Below are positions 37,360 through 47,922 of a stretch of DNA of 64,000 nt, piece by piece. The DNA is from a virus. Its lineage: Duplodnaviria > Caudoviricetes. The notes beneath the pieces were generated by a model. The model searched no databases. It saw nothing but the letters and a program-made list of their open reading frames with translations, and was not told where the DNA came from. Made by a program: the position numbers and the translations under genes. Position 1 is the first letter of the stretch. The number at the start of each line of letters is the position of its first letter. The stretch is taken from IMG/VR virus record IMGVR_UViG_3300011116_001007. One strand, written 5' to 3'.

Positions 37360-40300
37360 TTAAACCAAGATATTAGCCTTGGGAAATACCAGATATTTAT
37401 CATAGGTATCTGTTGGATCATACATATCCACGGGTTCAATCCAGGCCACGCTGCCTTCGTCAAATATAGTTTGTGTGCTAGAACTTTCCGTCACTGTGGT
37501 CCATGTCACACGAGTCAGTCCCGGCGGAGGACTACCAGCAAAGTACAATTGAGTGCCATGATATTGCACTCCTTGGTCAACAGTCACATATTGATTTTGC
37601 CCAGTTTGTTGACTTAGAGTCAATGTCACTATGCCTTCAGAACTCACAGATACCAGCCAAATTCCCATGCGTTGATTATTAAACCCAGCAGTCATTGATC
37701 CACTGGCATTTGACAATGCATACGCAGTTCCTGGATTGGCCGGATCTTCTAACGTAAAATGTGTAAGATCGTCTACAGTTAAAATATTGAATGCAGTAAT
37801 TATTCCAGTTAAGGCATCGGTAGTGCCTGACACCAAGCCTGACAGATCATCGCCGGTAAACCATATTGCGTCTCCAGCAGTCATGCCAACTGTGCTAACA
37901 CAAGTCACACGATCAGTTGCTGCCACAGTGGCTGTACATGATACTGTGCTGCCGCCGGCCACTGTGGTTGAGGCATCGTATCCTGTGCCCGGAGTTTCTG
38001 GAGCATATGGTCCGCTGCTGTAGGTGGCAGTATAATATTGCCAGGCATCATCTGTGGTAGCATAATCATCAAATGCTTCTTGTTTGGCAAAAATCAATGT
38101 GGCACCATCAATAAGTGCAGCGTTAATTAGCCCGTCGATGCCACCTAAATTATTGATATAATCAATTGATCTGGCATTGACATCGGTAAATGCCAGGCGA
38201 GTGGCGTAAGTGACCGGTCCCAACGCTTGAAGATCTATACTGGCGTAACGATCGAATGTGGTCAAGCTGGGCTTTGGCGTCCAATCTTGTGTGGCGGTAT
38301 CCCAGTTTTTACTCAAGGTAGAATCAAGTACGTATCGATCTACTTTGAAATCTACTTGATTCAGTTGCACTCCAAATTGTGTTTGTATGTAATAGGCAAT
38401 TTGTTTAGAACGATTGGGCTGTGTATAGCATATTACCCAAGCTGGCGTAAATCCCAACACTCGACCATTGGCTTGTTTGCTGGTCATCCATAATGGCAAT
38501 TTATTGGAAATTTGTCCTACCACATCAATCACTTGATCTCGCATGTTTTGCAAACTGTTGGGGTAGACCACATTGATTTGACTGCTGCCATCTGCAGGAT
38601 CTGTAATTGCATAAGGCAACGCCACAATCTTGCTTACACTTTGTCCGGCTGCATTGGTAAGATCGTCAATTATGCGTGAATAGACCACTTCGTATATTAC
38701 GTTGCCAAGTTCATCAGTTGCCTGTGCAGTTGCAATTTCGCCCAGTACTAAATTTTTCCAATAGTGATTTTCGTACAAGCTGCCGACATAGGTATCCAAA
38801 GAGTCTGGCGCCAGGCCAAATGCATGTTGATAAATCACTCGACGGCTCTTGCCAAAATTTGGATCATCGGGCCTGTAAATGTAATCAGGAACAAAAATAG
38901 TGTCGTTGCTTAGTAAACTGTCTATCAATACTCGGTCATTCAACGGTGGCATGGCCTGCACACTGAGATTTTGATAAGGTTTGTTGTATACTCTATTTAC
39001 TGTGACTGTGAATGTTTTGAACACACTGACCACATCCACTGCTCCAGTCAACCGCATGACCGGAGTTAACACAGCACCAGATCCACCGTAACCAGCTGTT
39101 ATTGTCAACGTAGCTGGTTCGGTGTATCCAGCCCCGAAATCATCTATTGCTACCGCAGTAATCACGCCACCATCCAGTGTCACAACACCAGCCACAGCCG
39201 GTTGTGCCGTAGCACCAATTGGTGAGTTAAATTGCAATACAGGTGGGTTTACATTGCTGTATCCAGATCCGCCGTCGGCCACTGTGACCCCCACCACGTC
39301 ATATGTGGGTTGACCTGTGTCCACAGCATAGGCATTGACAGTAAAGGTAAATTTGGTATCAAACACAGTTTCGCCAATGGAGGTGTTTAGTAAAGATGCC
39401 TGATTTTTATCAAATGTAGTATTTCCTAAATCTATAGCAAATGTATTAAAAGTGGTTCTGCCTACTATGTCTCCAGAGGGAAGTAGTTCAAGTCCTTGCG
39501 GTAACAAATTATAGGCTCCACTTTTCAACCTGTAAGATAATTCTCTACCACCGCGATTGACCGCTTCAATTTTGAGTATACTGGTAGATCCATTTTCAAT
39601 CACGCCCAAATCAGCAGGTGTATTCCAGGTAACTTCAGTATCAACTTCGCCCACTACTGTGATGGTAAACGGATATGGATCACTGGGCACCACCAGGCTG
39701 GCAGTCATTGAGCCCGATGCTGTTGTCAAAATCACAGGGTTGCCATCAGGTATGTAAACTGGTAGCTCTCCTGGATAGTTGGGATTGAGCATCATGTTTG
39801 CGGTCACTGTAAATTCAGTGATAAATTCATTGACGCTGACCACTGTGTTTACAAAATACATTGTGGTTGAAGAAGAACTCACGCCACCAAATACCGTACC
39901 TGAAAATACAATAGCTGTGCCTGGACCTAGTTGTGTAGGGCTTGTACAAGTTATCACATTGGTACCTGCTGTGGTAGCAGTACAAGTGATGGCCGTTCCT
40001 ATTGTGTCAGTTTGCCGAGCATAGATATTAAAACTGTATGTTACTTCTGTAACACCTTGATTGGGAATATAACCATAGTACCATCCAGATGTTGGATCCA
40101 ATCCCAGTCCAGGTGCAAATCCTGATCCTTGATTTACAGCTATGGTATAAGTTAAATCACTAGTGTCATAATCATTGGCCCTGAATTGATGAGCATAATA
40201 GTTGTCACTTCGAACCTTGCCAAGATCGCTAGGTAACGTATTGATCAAGAAAGGTCGGCGATATGGCGTTTCATCACTGGTAATACTGGTAGTATCAGCT

Positions 40301-41265
40301 GTAAATATAGTGTCATCGCCAGTGAGACTGGCTCGATCATACACATACATGTAAAAAGTACGTTGGCTCTGGCTCTTGCCGTCAGACACCTGCAATGTAA
40401 ATTCAAAATTTTTGTTGATAGCACTGAATATAAAATCGTATGGCACAGTGAAATCTGGTGTGAGATCATATCCTGGCGGTTTATCAACATTGACACTGGG
40501 TGCAATATAGCCTGACAATAGCCCCAAGGGCGAGATAGAAAGTCCACCGGGCAATTCACCCGATACCAACGTGACTATGTTGGTATCGCCAGGGTCAGTC
40601 CCTAAAATTTCAAACTGAAACTCCACACGATCGCTGTCATAAAATGTACCAATGGATCCAGGTGGTGTAATAAAATCAGGTACATTGTTGCCAGTGACTA
40701 CCAATTCAAATGTTCGATCTTTTATACGATCAGTTGAACCGTTGGCAAGTTTGGTATATGCTCGAATGGCAAATTTGCTGACCACATCTCTGTTGACCTG
40801 AAATGGCACACCTTGCAAACTGGCCACAGCCTGTGGTACTCCAACAATCAACCCATTGTCTGCACATTGAATACCCAACGGCAAATTTCCGGCTATGAGA
40901 GCAAAATAAACATGTTGCCTAAACACCGGAGTCATGACTCCTGTTGCTGTGGTCAATTGTAATGGAACATTGCTAAATTCTGTTGTGGTAATTCTAAATT
41001 TTGTGCTGCTGATCACATCCAACACAAAATATCTTACATAAGGATCTAAACCGCCGAATACTGCACCTTCAAACATCACATTGATATCTTGATACAGTCC
41101 TTCGGTACTGTTGCAAGTTATGGTATTGGTCACTGCATCTGTGGCAGTGCATGTGACGTTCAATGGCAATGCATCAGTGGCTGCAACCAAAGTAGACTGA
41201 TAAAATACTCCTTCGGGAATAACTCCCAAAAGACCTGCTTCAGAAATCCAAACTGGTTGTGCCAT
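37360..41265 (-). CDS. Baseplate wedge-like protein with Ig-like repeats
   Basis: W.T.AG.LG motifs; repeated LPxGL (Ig/He_PIG-like) units; WKNLVLG; DKYLVFPK C-terminus. Confidence 0.65.
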   Translation of the reverse strand: MAQPVWISEAGLLGVIPEGVFYQSTLVAATDALPLNVTCTATDAVTNTITCNSTEGLYQDINVMFEGAVFGGLDPYVRYFVLDVISSTKFRITTTEFSNVPLQLTTATGVMTPVFRQHVYFALIAGNLPLGIQCADNGLIVGVPQAVASLQGVPFQVNRDVVSKFAIRAYTKLANGSTDRIKDRTFELVVTGNNVPDFITPPGSIGTFYDSDRVEFQFEILGTDPGDTNIVTLVSGELPGGLSISPLGLLSGYIAPSVNVDKPPGYDLTPDFTVPYDFIFSAINKNFEFTLQVSDGKSQSQRTFYMYVYDRASLTGDDTIFTADTTSITSDETPYRRPFLINTLPSDLGKVRSDNYYAHQFRANDYDTSDLTYTIAVNQGSGFAPGLGLDPTSGWYYGYIPNQGVTEVTYSFNIYARQTDTIGTAITCTATTAGTNVITCTSPTQLGPGTAIVFSGTVFGGVSSSSTTMYFVNTVVSVNEFITEFTVTANMMLNPNYPGELPVYIPDGNPVILTTASGSMTASLVVPSDPYPFTITVVGEVDTEVTWNTPADLGVIENGSTSILKIEAVNRGGRELSYRLKSGAYNLLPQGLELLPSGDIVGRTTFNTFAIDLGNTTFDKNQASLLNTSIGETVFDTKFTFTVNAYAVDTGQPTYDVVGVTVADGGSGYSNVNPPVLQFNSPIGATAQPAVAGVVTLDGGVITAVAIDDFGAGYTEPATLTITAGYGGSGAVLTPVMRLTGAVDVVSVFKTFTVTVNRVYNKPYQNLSVQAMPPLNDRVLIDSLLSNDTIFVPDYIYRPDDPNFGKSRRVIYQHAFGLAPDSLDTYVGSLYENHYWKNLVLGEIATAQATDELGNVIYEVVYSRIIDDLTNAAGQSVSKIVALPYAITDPADGSSQINVVYPNSLQNMRDQVIDVVGQISNKLPLWMTSKQANGRVLGFTPAWVICYTQPNRSKQIAYYIQTQFGVQLNQVDFKVDRYVLDSTLSKNWDTATQDWTPKPSLTTFDRYASIDLQALGPVTYATRLAFTDVNARSIDYINNLGGIDGLINAALIDGATLIFAKQEAFDDYATTDDAWQYYTATYSSGPYAPETPGTGYDASTTVAGGSTVSCTATVAATDRVTCVSTVGMTAGDAIWFTGDDLSGLVSGTTDALTGIITAFNILTVDDLTHFTLEDPANPGTAYALSNASGSMTAGFNNQRMGIWLVSVSSEGIVTLTLSQQTGQNQYVTVDQGVQYHGTQLYFAGSPPPGLTRVTWTTVTESSSTQTIFDEGSVAWIEPVDMYDPTDTYDKYLVFPKANILV

Positions 41266-41269
41266 AATA

Positions 41270-43453
41270 TTAAACAGTTACCCAGGCAACGCCATTGTAA
41301 AATCTTAGTACACCCAGTGCAGTACTGTAATATAAACTACCCGATTCTGCACTGATTGGATCAGATGAGAAAAACGGTATCACCAGTTGAGTTGACACTG
41401 TGGCATTTAGTGCGGTTATACTATTACTGGCTTGAATGTTATTGCTGATTACATTACCTGTTATACTAACTGTAGTACCTGTCAATGAAGTTGCATTTAC
41501 ATTGACTCCGCCCAACACATTGCCACCTGTGATGTTGCCGGTAACACTCAATGTCCCCAATGTACCAACTGCGGTAATATTGGTCTGTGATGCTGTGGTT
41601 AGTGCTCCTGAAATTCCAGCAACAATAAGATTACCACCTGTGATGTTGCCAGCGGCTGAGATTAATCCACCTGTCAAGATGTTGCCACCTGTTACGTTAG
41701 CACTTACACTCACAGTGGTACCTGTGTGAGTGGTAGCATTGACATTGGCTCCACCTAATACATTGCCACCTGTGATGTTGCCTGTCACACTCACAGTGGT
41801 ACCTGTGTGAGTGGTAGCGTTGACATTGGCTCCGCCCAGCACATTGCCACCAGTGATGTTGCCAGTTACTGACACAGTGGTACCTGTGTGAGTGGTAGCG
41901 TTGACATTGGCTCCGCCTAATACATTGCCACCTGTGATGTTGCCTGTGGTGCTGTAACTGGTTGCAGTACTTGTACCGCTGGAAATGATATTACCAGTTA
42001 TGCTGAGATTACCACCACCTGTGATGTTGCCCCCGGCGCTGATGGTGGTTGAAACTGATAATGCACCACCTGTGACTAAATTACCGCCAGTGATGTTGGC
42101 CACAGCCGAAATTACGCCTGGTGTGATCAAGTTGCCACCTGTAGTATTACCACTGGCTGATAAAATTGCAGCTTGTACCAGTCCAGTGTTAATAACATTG
42201 CCACTGGTTACATTACCGATAGTGATATTGCCGCCAGTGATGTTGCCGGCAGCAGATATCACGCCGGCAGTGAGTACGTTGCCGCCAGTAACATTGGCAG
42301 TGACTGTCAAACTGCTCAATGTACCTACTGAGGTAATATTGGGTTGTGCTGCCGTAACAATTGTTCCAGTTAAATTGCCGCCAGCAATGTTGCCCGTGGC
42401 GCTGATCAATCCAGCAGTGAGTAAATTGCCGCCGGTGATGTTGCCTGTGGCACTGAGTCTTGCACCTGTTACCAATGTTGTGGCATTGACATTGTTGCCA
42501 GCAACATTGCCGCCTGTGAGATTGGCAGTGACATTGGCACCCGAAACATCACCAGTAAGAACAGCACTTGCGCCAGATATCACTCCTAGCGTTATTAAAT
42601 TGCCACCTTGAATATTTCCAGTAGCCGACACAGCAATGGTGGCATTGACATTGTTGGCAGTGACATTTCCTGTTCCGCCTAACGCATTGCTTACTGCAAG
42701 AGAATTTAGTGTCCCCACACTGGTCAAACTGCTGGTAGTCACATTTGAACTCAAAGTAGCGCCAGTTAATAAAGCAGCAGAGGTGGTAGCACTCACTCCA
42801 GTTAATGCGCTGCCATTCCCTACAAAATACGCTGCTGTGACATTGGCAGCACTGGTAATATTACCGGTGGCTGAAACTTGTCCAGCTGTTTGCAAATTAC
42901 CGCCAGATGCATTGCCAGTGGCAATCAATGCGCTGGTTGCAATTAAATTACCTCCAGTGACATTGCCTGTTGATGTGATTTGCCCGGCTGTTCGCAAATT
43001 ACCGCCTTGCACATTGGCGGTCACAGTCAAACTGCCCAGAGTACCCACTGTGGTCAAACTGCTGGTAGTCACATTCGAACTCAATGTACTGCCTGTGATC
43101 AAACTGGCTGCTGGACTGGATACAACTCCAGTTAATGCGCTGCCATCGCCTATGAATTTTCCGCTGGTTACAACATTCCCAACTGCACTGATAATACTGC
43201 TGCCGGTGAATAATCCAGTTAATGTGGCGCCGGTTCCAGACACCACAAACACATTGGCAACTCCTCTGCTGCTGATGTTTACAGTACTGTTGGTAATTAC
43301 TTGTACGTTTGAATTGCCGTTTTGAATACCAGTTACGCCGCCAATACCGTACAACTCAGTAAAATTACTGTTGCAGATATCAAAAGCGTCACGCAAAGGG
43401 GTACCGGTGCCGTCATTGGCGGTATTACCAGTGTCAATGTATTGCTGAGTCAT
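41270..43453 (-). CDS. Tail fibre-like beta-helix protein
   Basis: IDTGNTANDGTGTPLRDAF..CN.NF.ELY baseplate-attachment-type N-terminus; many GNITGGNL repeats. Confidence 0.75.
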   Translation of the reverse strand: MTQQYIDTGNTANDGTGTPLRDAFDICNSNFTELYGIGGVTGIQNGNSNVQVITNSTVNISSRGVANVFVVSGTGATLTGLFTGSSIISAVGNVVTSGKFIGDGSALTGVVSSPAASLITGSTLSSNVTTSSLTTVGTLGSLTVTANVQGGNLRTAGQITSTGNVTGGNLIATSALIATGNASGGNLQTAGQVSATGNITSAANVTAAYFVGNGSALTGVSATTSAALLTGATLSSNVTTSSLTSVGTLNSLAVSNALGGTGNVTANNVNATIAVSATGNIQGGNLITLGVISGASAVLTGDVSGANVTANLTGGNVAGNNVNATTLVTGARLSATGNITGGNLLTAGLISATGNIAGGNLTGTIVTAAQPNITSVGTLSSLTVTANVTGGNVLTAGVISAAGNITGGNITIGNVTSGNVINTGLVQAAILSASGNTTGGNLITPGVISAVANITGGNLVTGGALSVSTTISAGGNITGGGNLSITGNIISSGTSTATSYSTTGNITGGNVLGGANVNATTHTGTTVSVTGNITGGNVLGGANVNATTHTGTTVSVTGNITGGNVLGGANVNATTHTGTTVSVSANVTGGNILTGGLISAAGNITGGNLIVAGISGALTTASQTNITAVGTLGTLSVTGNITGGNVLGGVNVNATSLTGTTVSITGNVISNNIQASNSITALNATVSTQLVIPFFSSDPISAESGSLYYSTALGVLRFYNGVAWVTV
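41711..41947. repeat. 81-bp tandem repeat x3 in the fibre gene
   Basis: Units start at 41711, 41792, 41873 (GNITGGNVLGGANVNATTHTGTTVSVT). Confidence 0.85.
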
Positions 43454-43543
43454 AGATAGAGTGTCCTAGTGTAGTATTTACCAAAAAATTTTGCTTGCCC
43501 GTACAAGTGTCTACATGCTAAATACATAAAATTGGAGTATTAA

Positions 43544-46126
43544 ATGAGTTATATCATCAATAACAGCCGTGGCGACCAAATAGCATTCATACCCGACGGA
43601 ACAGTAAACACCACCGCTACAGATCTTGCCTTGGTAGGGCGGGCTGTTATAGAATATGGTGTTTATGAAAACGAAAATTATGTGTATTTGCTGGAAAATT
43701 TCTGCAATATCGTTCCGCCTACTCAGCCTATAACTGGTCAGCTATGGTACAACAATTCTGAAGATATACTATCAGTTTATAACAGTGCCAATGTGTTTGT
43801 TGATCTTGCCAGCATTGCGTATGTAGAAGCACAAAAAATCAGCCCTGTATTCACAGGCACGCCCACTGCACCCACTGCTGGCACAGGAACAGCAACCACT
43901 CAATTGGCTACCACGGCATTTGTGACCAACAGTCCAGCTTTTGCCGGCACGCCCACTGCACCCACTGCTGGCACAGGAACAGCGACCACTCAATTGGCTA
44001 CCACGGCATTTGTGACCAACAGTCCCATGTTTGCTGGCACGCCCACAGCGCCCACAGCAGCATCAGGAACCAATTCTACACAAATTGCTACCACAGCATT
44101 TGTGACCAATGGCCCAGCTTTTGCTGTATCGCCCACAGGCCCAACATTGACCAGTTTGACAGATGATGATCGAATGGCCACCACAGCATTTGTACAGGCA
44201 CAAAAGATCAGTCCAGTATTCACTGGAGTACCGGCAGCACCCACTGCCACATCGTCTACCAGTACCACTCAATTGGCCACCACAGCATTTGTACAGGCAC
44301 AAAAGATCAGTCCAGTATTCACTGGAGTACCGGCAGCACCCACACCTGATATCACTGTCAGTAATACGCAGATAGCTACCACACAGTTTGTTACCAACTG
44401 GACCAACGCCATGCCCACCATGAGCCAGCAAAATGCCAGTGCAGTTGCCATCACCGGTGGCACCATAACTGGTATCACACCATTAGCAGTTGAATACGGC
44501 GGCACCGGTGGATCAACTCAAGGCGCTGCTTTTGCAGGGTTGGGCCTGGGCACTATCTCTACACAAGACGCCAATAATGTGGCTATTTCGGGCGGAGTAA
44601 TTTACAATATTTCAGATCTGGCCGTAGTTGATGGAGGAACTGGAGCCAGTGATGCAGCTGGTGCTCGAACAAATCTCGGACTGGGCAGCATCGCCACACA
44701 GAGTGCTGGTGATGTTTCTATCACCGGTGGCATAATTTCTGCCACTGCGCCCACAGCAGCAGCAGGAACAGCAACCACTCAATTGGCTACCACAGCATTT
44801 GTGACCAATAGTCCAGCTTTTGCTGGCATACCCACTGCGCCCACAGCAGCAGCAGGAACAGCAACCACTCAATTGGCTACCACAGCATTTGTGACCAATG
44901 GCCCAGCTTTTGCTGTATCGCCCACAGGTCCAACACCTGGGTACACAGCCGCTGATAATAAAATGGCCACCACTGAGTTTGTGCAGGCACAAAAGGTCAG
45001 TCCGGTATTTACTGGAACACCACAGTCGCCTACTGCTGCATCTAATGATAGCAGTACACAAATAGCCACCACTGAGTTTGTGCAGGCACAAAAGGTCAGT
45101 CCAGTATTTACTGGAACACCAGCGGCACCCACACCTGACATCACTGTCAGTAATACGCAGATAGCTACCACAAGATTTGTTACTAACTGGACCAATGCCC
45201 TGCCCACAATGAGCCAGCAGAATGCCAATGCAGTTGCCATCACTGGTGGTACCATAACTGGTATCACACCATTATCAGTTGAATATGGCGGCACTGGCGG
45301 GTCGTCGCAAGCCGGGGGTCGCACAGGATTGGGCCTGGGCACCATCTCTACACAAAATTCTACTGCTGTAAATATTTCAGGTGGGTCAATCTACAACATC
45401 TCAGACCTGGCTGTGGCCGATGGAGGAACTGGAGCCAGTGATGCAGCTGGTGCTCGAACAAATCTTGGCCTGGGCACTATTGCCACACAAAATGCCAGCG
45501 CAGTTGCCATCACTGGTGGCAGTATCAGCGGGATAACTGCATTGCCAGTGTTGTCTGGAGGAACCGGAGCCAGCAATGCAGCCAGTGCTCGAACAAATCT
45601 CGGACTGGGCACTATTGCCACACAAAATGCCAATGCAGTTGCCATCACCGGCGGCATCATCAGTGGGATAACTCCATTGCCGGTGTTGTCTGGAGGAACT
45701 GGCTCCAATATCGCATCTGTGGCCAGATTAAATTTGGGCATGGGCAGCATAGCCACGCAAGATTCTAGCGCAGTATCAATCAGTGGCGGGTCAATGACCA
45801 ACATCAATATGACCAATTCGACGGTGCAAGCTAATTTAATAACATCCAATATAGTGATCACTGGCGGAACCATCACAGGTATTACTCCATTGGCTGTAAC
45901 AGCCGGGGGTACTGGTTCTGGTGATTATGCCAATGCTTTGGTAAATCTCAATGCTGTGGGAATTACTACTCGGGTTATTGCCGGTACTGGACTCAGTGGC
46001 GGAGGTGCGTTGAGTACCAACGTAACGTTGACCATAGCAAGCAGTTCTAATGGGTACGGTAATCGAACTATTAGTAGTGCAATACCCACAGGCGGCAGCG
46101 ATGGTGATATCTGGTATCAAGTATAA
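43544..46126 (+). CDS. Tail fibre protein
   Basis: Repeated PTAPTA...TQLATTAFV and GGTGA...ARTNLGLG fibre shaft motifs; GGSDGDIWYQV C-terminus. Confidence 0.85.
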   Translation: MSYIINNSRGDQIAFIPDGTVNTTATDLALVGRAVIEYGVYENENYVYLLENFCNIVPPTQPITGQLWYNNSEDILSVYNSANVFVDLASIAYVEAQKISPVFTGTPTAPTAGTGTATTQLATTAFVTNSPAFAGTPTAPTAGTGTATTQLATTAFVTNSPMFAGTPTAPTAASGTNSTQIATTAFVTNGPAFAVSPTGPTLTSLTDDDRMATTAFVQAQKISPVFTGVPAAPTATSSTSTTQLATTAFVQAQKISPVFTGVPAAPTPDITVSNTQIATTQFVTNWTNAMPTMSQQNASAVAITGGTITGITPLAVEYGGTGGSTQGAAFAGLGLGTISTQDANNVAISGGVIYNISDLAVVDGGTGASDAAGARTNLGLGSIATQSAGDVSITGGIISATAPTAAAGTATTQLATTAFVTNSPAFAGIPTAPTAAAGTATTQLATTAFVTNGPAFAVSPTGPTPGYTAADNKMATTEFVQAQKVSPVFTGTPQSPTAASNDSSTQIATTEFVQAQKVSPVFTGTPAAPTPDITVSNTQIATTRFVTNWTNALPTMSQQNANAVAITGGTITGITPLSVEYGGTGGSSQAGGRTGLGLGTISTQNSTAVNISGGSIYNISDLAVADGGTGASDAAGARTNLGLGTIATQNASAVAITGGSISGITALPVLSGGTGASNAASARTNLGLGTIATQNANAVAITGGIISGITPLPVLSGGTGSNIASVARLNLGMGSIATQDSSAVSISGGSMTNINMTNSTVQANLITSNIVITGGTITGITPLAVTAGGTGSGDYANALVNLNAVGITTRVIAGTGLSGGGALSTNVTLTIASSSNGYGNRTISSAIPTGGSDGDIWYQV
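43856..44125. repeat. 90-bp tandem repeat x3 in the fibre gene
   Basis: ggcacgcccac unit starts at 43856, 43946, 44036. Confidence 0.85.
44336..45469. repeat. About 345-bp internal duplication in the fibre gene
   Basis: 44336-44680 matches 45125-45469 at a constant 789-bp offset. Confidence 0.8.
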
Positions 46127-46138
46127 TACAAATCTATA

Positions 46139-47605
46139 ATGCCAATAATATCTAGACCGGTAGGGTATACAAATTCATTACAAACACTCACGGTATATCC
46201 GTTGATTCCTGACGCTCAACTTACTGCACATCTCTGGGGCGGTGGTGGTGGTGGCGGCGGGAACGATTCTGGCCCCGGAGGCGCAGGAGGTGGTGGCGGG
46301 TTTTCGATTGCCACAATTGCTTGCAACACTGCTGATGTTATTACACTGGCAGTGGGCAGCGGCGGTGGTGGCGGGCTCAGCGGCGGCGGAGTAAGTGGAG
46401 GATCAGGAGGATCTAGCTATGTTGGGTATAGCGTATTCAACACAAGACAATTGGCTGGAACAAATGGATTGATTGCAGTGAGTTTACCTTACGCCTGGAG
46501 CAATTTCATGAACGCCTATGCTGTATGGAATGCCAATGGTGCTTACACGCTTGATGTCTCTACCACTATTTCTGTGCCATTCACTGGTGTATTTGTTTTG
46601 CAGACAGCATTTGATGACGATGGCACAGTATACATAGATGGGATTGCTGTGGCATCTTCCAGCGGAAGTTATAACGGTTCAAGAATTAACAATATTACAA
46701 TAACCAGCGGTTCTCATACTTTACGTATTGTAGGTTATAACTCCGGTGGAGGACCCGCTGGAGTGGCTGTATCGATCAACAGTGGGGCTAGTTTTTCAGG
46801 TGCTCCGGGCGGCAATTCAGGATCACGAGGTGCTAGCGGTAGTGGTGGTGGTGGCGGCGGGGCAACTGTTTTATTACAAAATGGGCTATTGCAGGGCGTG
46901 GCTGCCGGCGGCGGTGGCGGCGGCGGGGCAGGTAATCCTAGCCCAGGTGGCAGCAGTCCCGGACCCAACGGCCAAACTACCACAGGGTTCAATGGTGAAT
47001 CAGGAGCAGGTCATCCAGGTGACGGCGGCGCTGGCGGAGGTGGTGGCGGAGGATACAATGGCAGCACTGGCGGAGGTGGCAATGGTGGAGCATATGGCGG
47101 GTGGCCGGGTGCTAGCGATACTGGTGGACAAGCAGGAAACCCTGGCGCCAGCTGGAGTTTTGCCTATCCAAATGGATTTAATCCCAGTGGTCGAACACCC
47201 GGCGGACAGTCAGGAATCTCAGTACCAGCTGGAGTTGGACAAGGTGGGCGATCAAACGGCGAACGTGGGGGCAATGGATATGCAGTGATATACATGAATG
47301 TTCCTGGGGTGTTTGTAAATCAAGCTGGTACCTATTATGCTACCAAGGAAGTTTATGTGAATGATCAAGGCACTTGGAAAATCACAAATGCAATTTATAT
47401 CAAACAAAATGGGGCCTGGACCCAGGTGTCCGGCCAACAAACTACTAATTTTGAAACTATCAGCGGAGATTGGGGTATGGTTCCGCGGTCCAGTCCATAC
47501 GTTTACTCTCCACCACCGCAACCAAGTGGAGGTGGTGGACCAGGCAGGGGAGAAGGCAGCAGCGGCGTCGCTGGTGGCGGCTTTGGCGGTGGTGGCGGCG
47601 ACTAA
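46139..47605 (+). CDS. Glycine-rich tail-associated protein with an inserted PA14-like domain
   Basis: LWGGGGGGG and AAGGGGGGGAG glycine-rich motifs; [13 protein letters not shown] insert. Confidence 0.7.
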   Translation: MPIISRPVGYTNSLQTLTVYPLIPDAQLTAHLWGGGGGGGGNDSGPGGAGGGGGFSIATIACNTADVITLAVGSGGGGGLSGGGVSGGSGGSSYVGYSVFNTRQLAGTNGLIAVSLPYAWSNFMNAYAVWNANGAYTLDVSTTISVPFTGVFVLQTAFDDDGTVYIDGIAVASSSGSYNGSRINNITITSGSHTLRIVGYNSGGGPAGVAVSINSGASFSGAPGGNSGSRGASGSGGGGGGATVLLQNGLLQGVAAGGGGGGGAGNPSPGGSSPGPNGQTTTGFNGESGAGHPGDGGAGGGGGGGYNGSTGGGGNGGAYGGWPGASDTGGQAGNPGASWSFAYPNGFNPSGRTPGGQSGISVPAGVGQGGRSNGERGGNGYAVIYMNVPGVFVNQAGTYYATKEVYVNDQGTWKITNAIYIKQNGAWTQVSGQQTTNFETISGDWGMVPRSSPYVYSPPPQPSGGGGPGRGEGSSGVAGGGFGGGGGD

Positions 47606-47922
47606 ACTGAAAAACTACTGCCGCAGCCGCAGGTGCTGACTGCATTGGGATTTTTTATCACAAAGCTGGCACCCATGGCATCTTCTTTGTAATCAATGTC
47701 TGATTCTTGTAGATATTGCATGCTCATGGCATCTACTACCACTCGCACTTCTTCGTAGTTGAAATCAAAATCATCTTCGTTTTGAATTTCATCAAACGTG
47801 AATCCATAACTGAATCCTGAACAACCGCCGCCTTGCACAAACACACGCAGCATGAGCGCAGGGTTGGCTTCTTCTGCGATCAGCTCACGCAGTTTGCTCA
47901 CAGCAGCAGGTTTGAGATTCAT
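47602..47922 (-). CDS. erpA: A-type Fe-S carrier ErpA/IscA
   Basis: [20 protein letters not shown]...[14 protein letters not shown]; TAATG coupling to the SOD gene. Confidence 0.9.
   Translation of the reverse strand: MNLKPAAVSKLRELIAEEANPALMLRVFVQGGGCSGFSYGFTFDEIQNEDDFDFNYEEVRVVVDAMSMQYLQESDIDYKEDAMGASFVIKNPNAVSTCGCGSSFSV

Noticed and set aside
1794-45876. Long antisense ORFs in the track (for example 1794-2162, 3296-3889, 41985-42611, 42636-43325, 45391-45876)
   Set aside because: They are shadows of Gly/Thr/Ala-rich or repetitive genes on the other strand, without start signals or recognisable motifs.
41270-46126. Fibre-gene repeats as a diversity-generating retroelement (TR/VR)
   Set aside because: Copies are in-frame shaft repeats, I saw no adenine-specific mismatch pattern, and there is no reverse transcriptase in the window.
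43544-47605. Invertible fibre cassette (plus-strand island)
   Set aside because: No invertase gene and no inverted repeats seen at the borders; back-to-back promoters explain the orientation.
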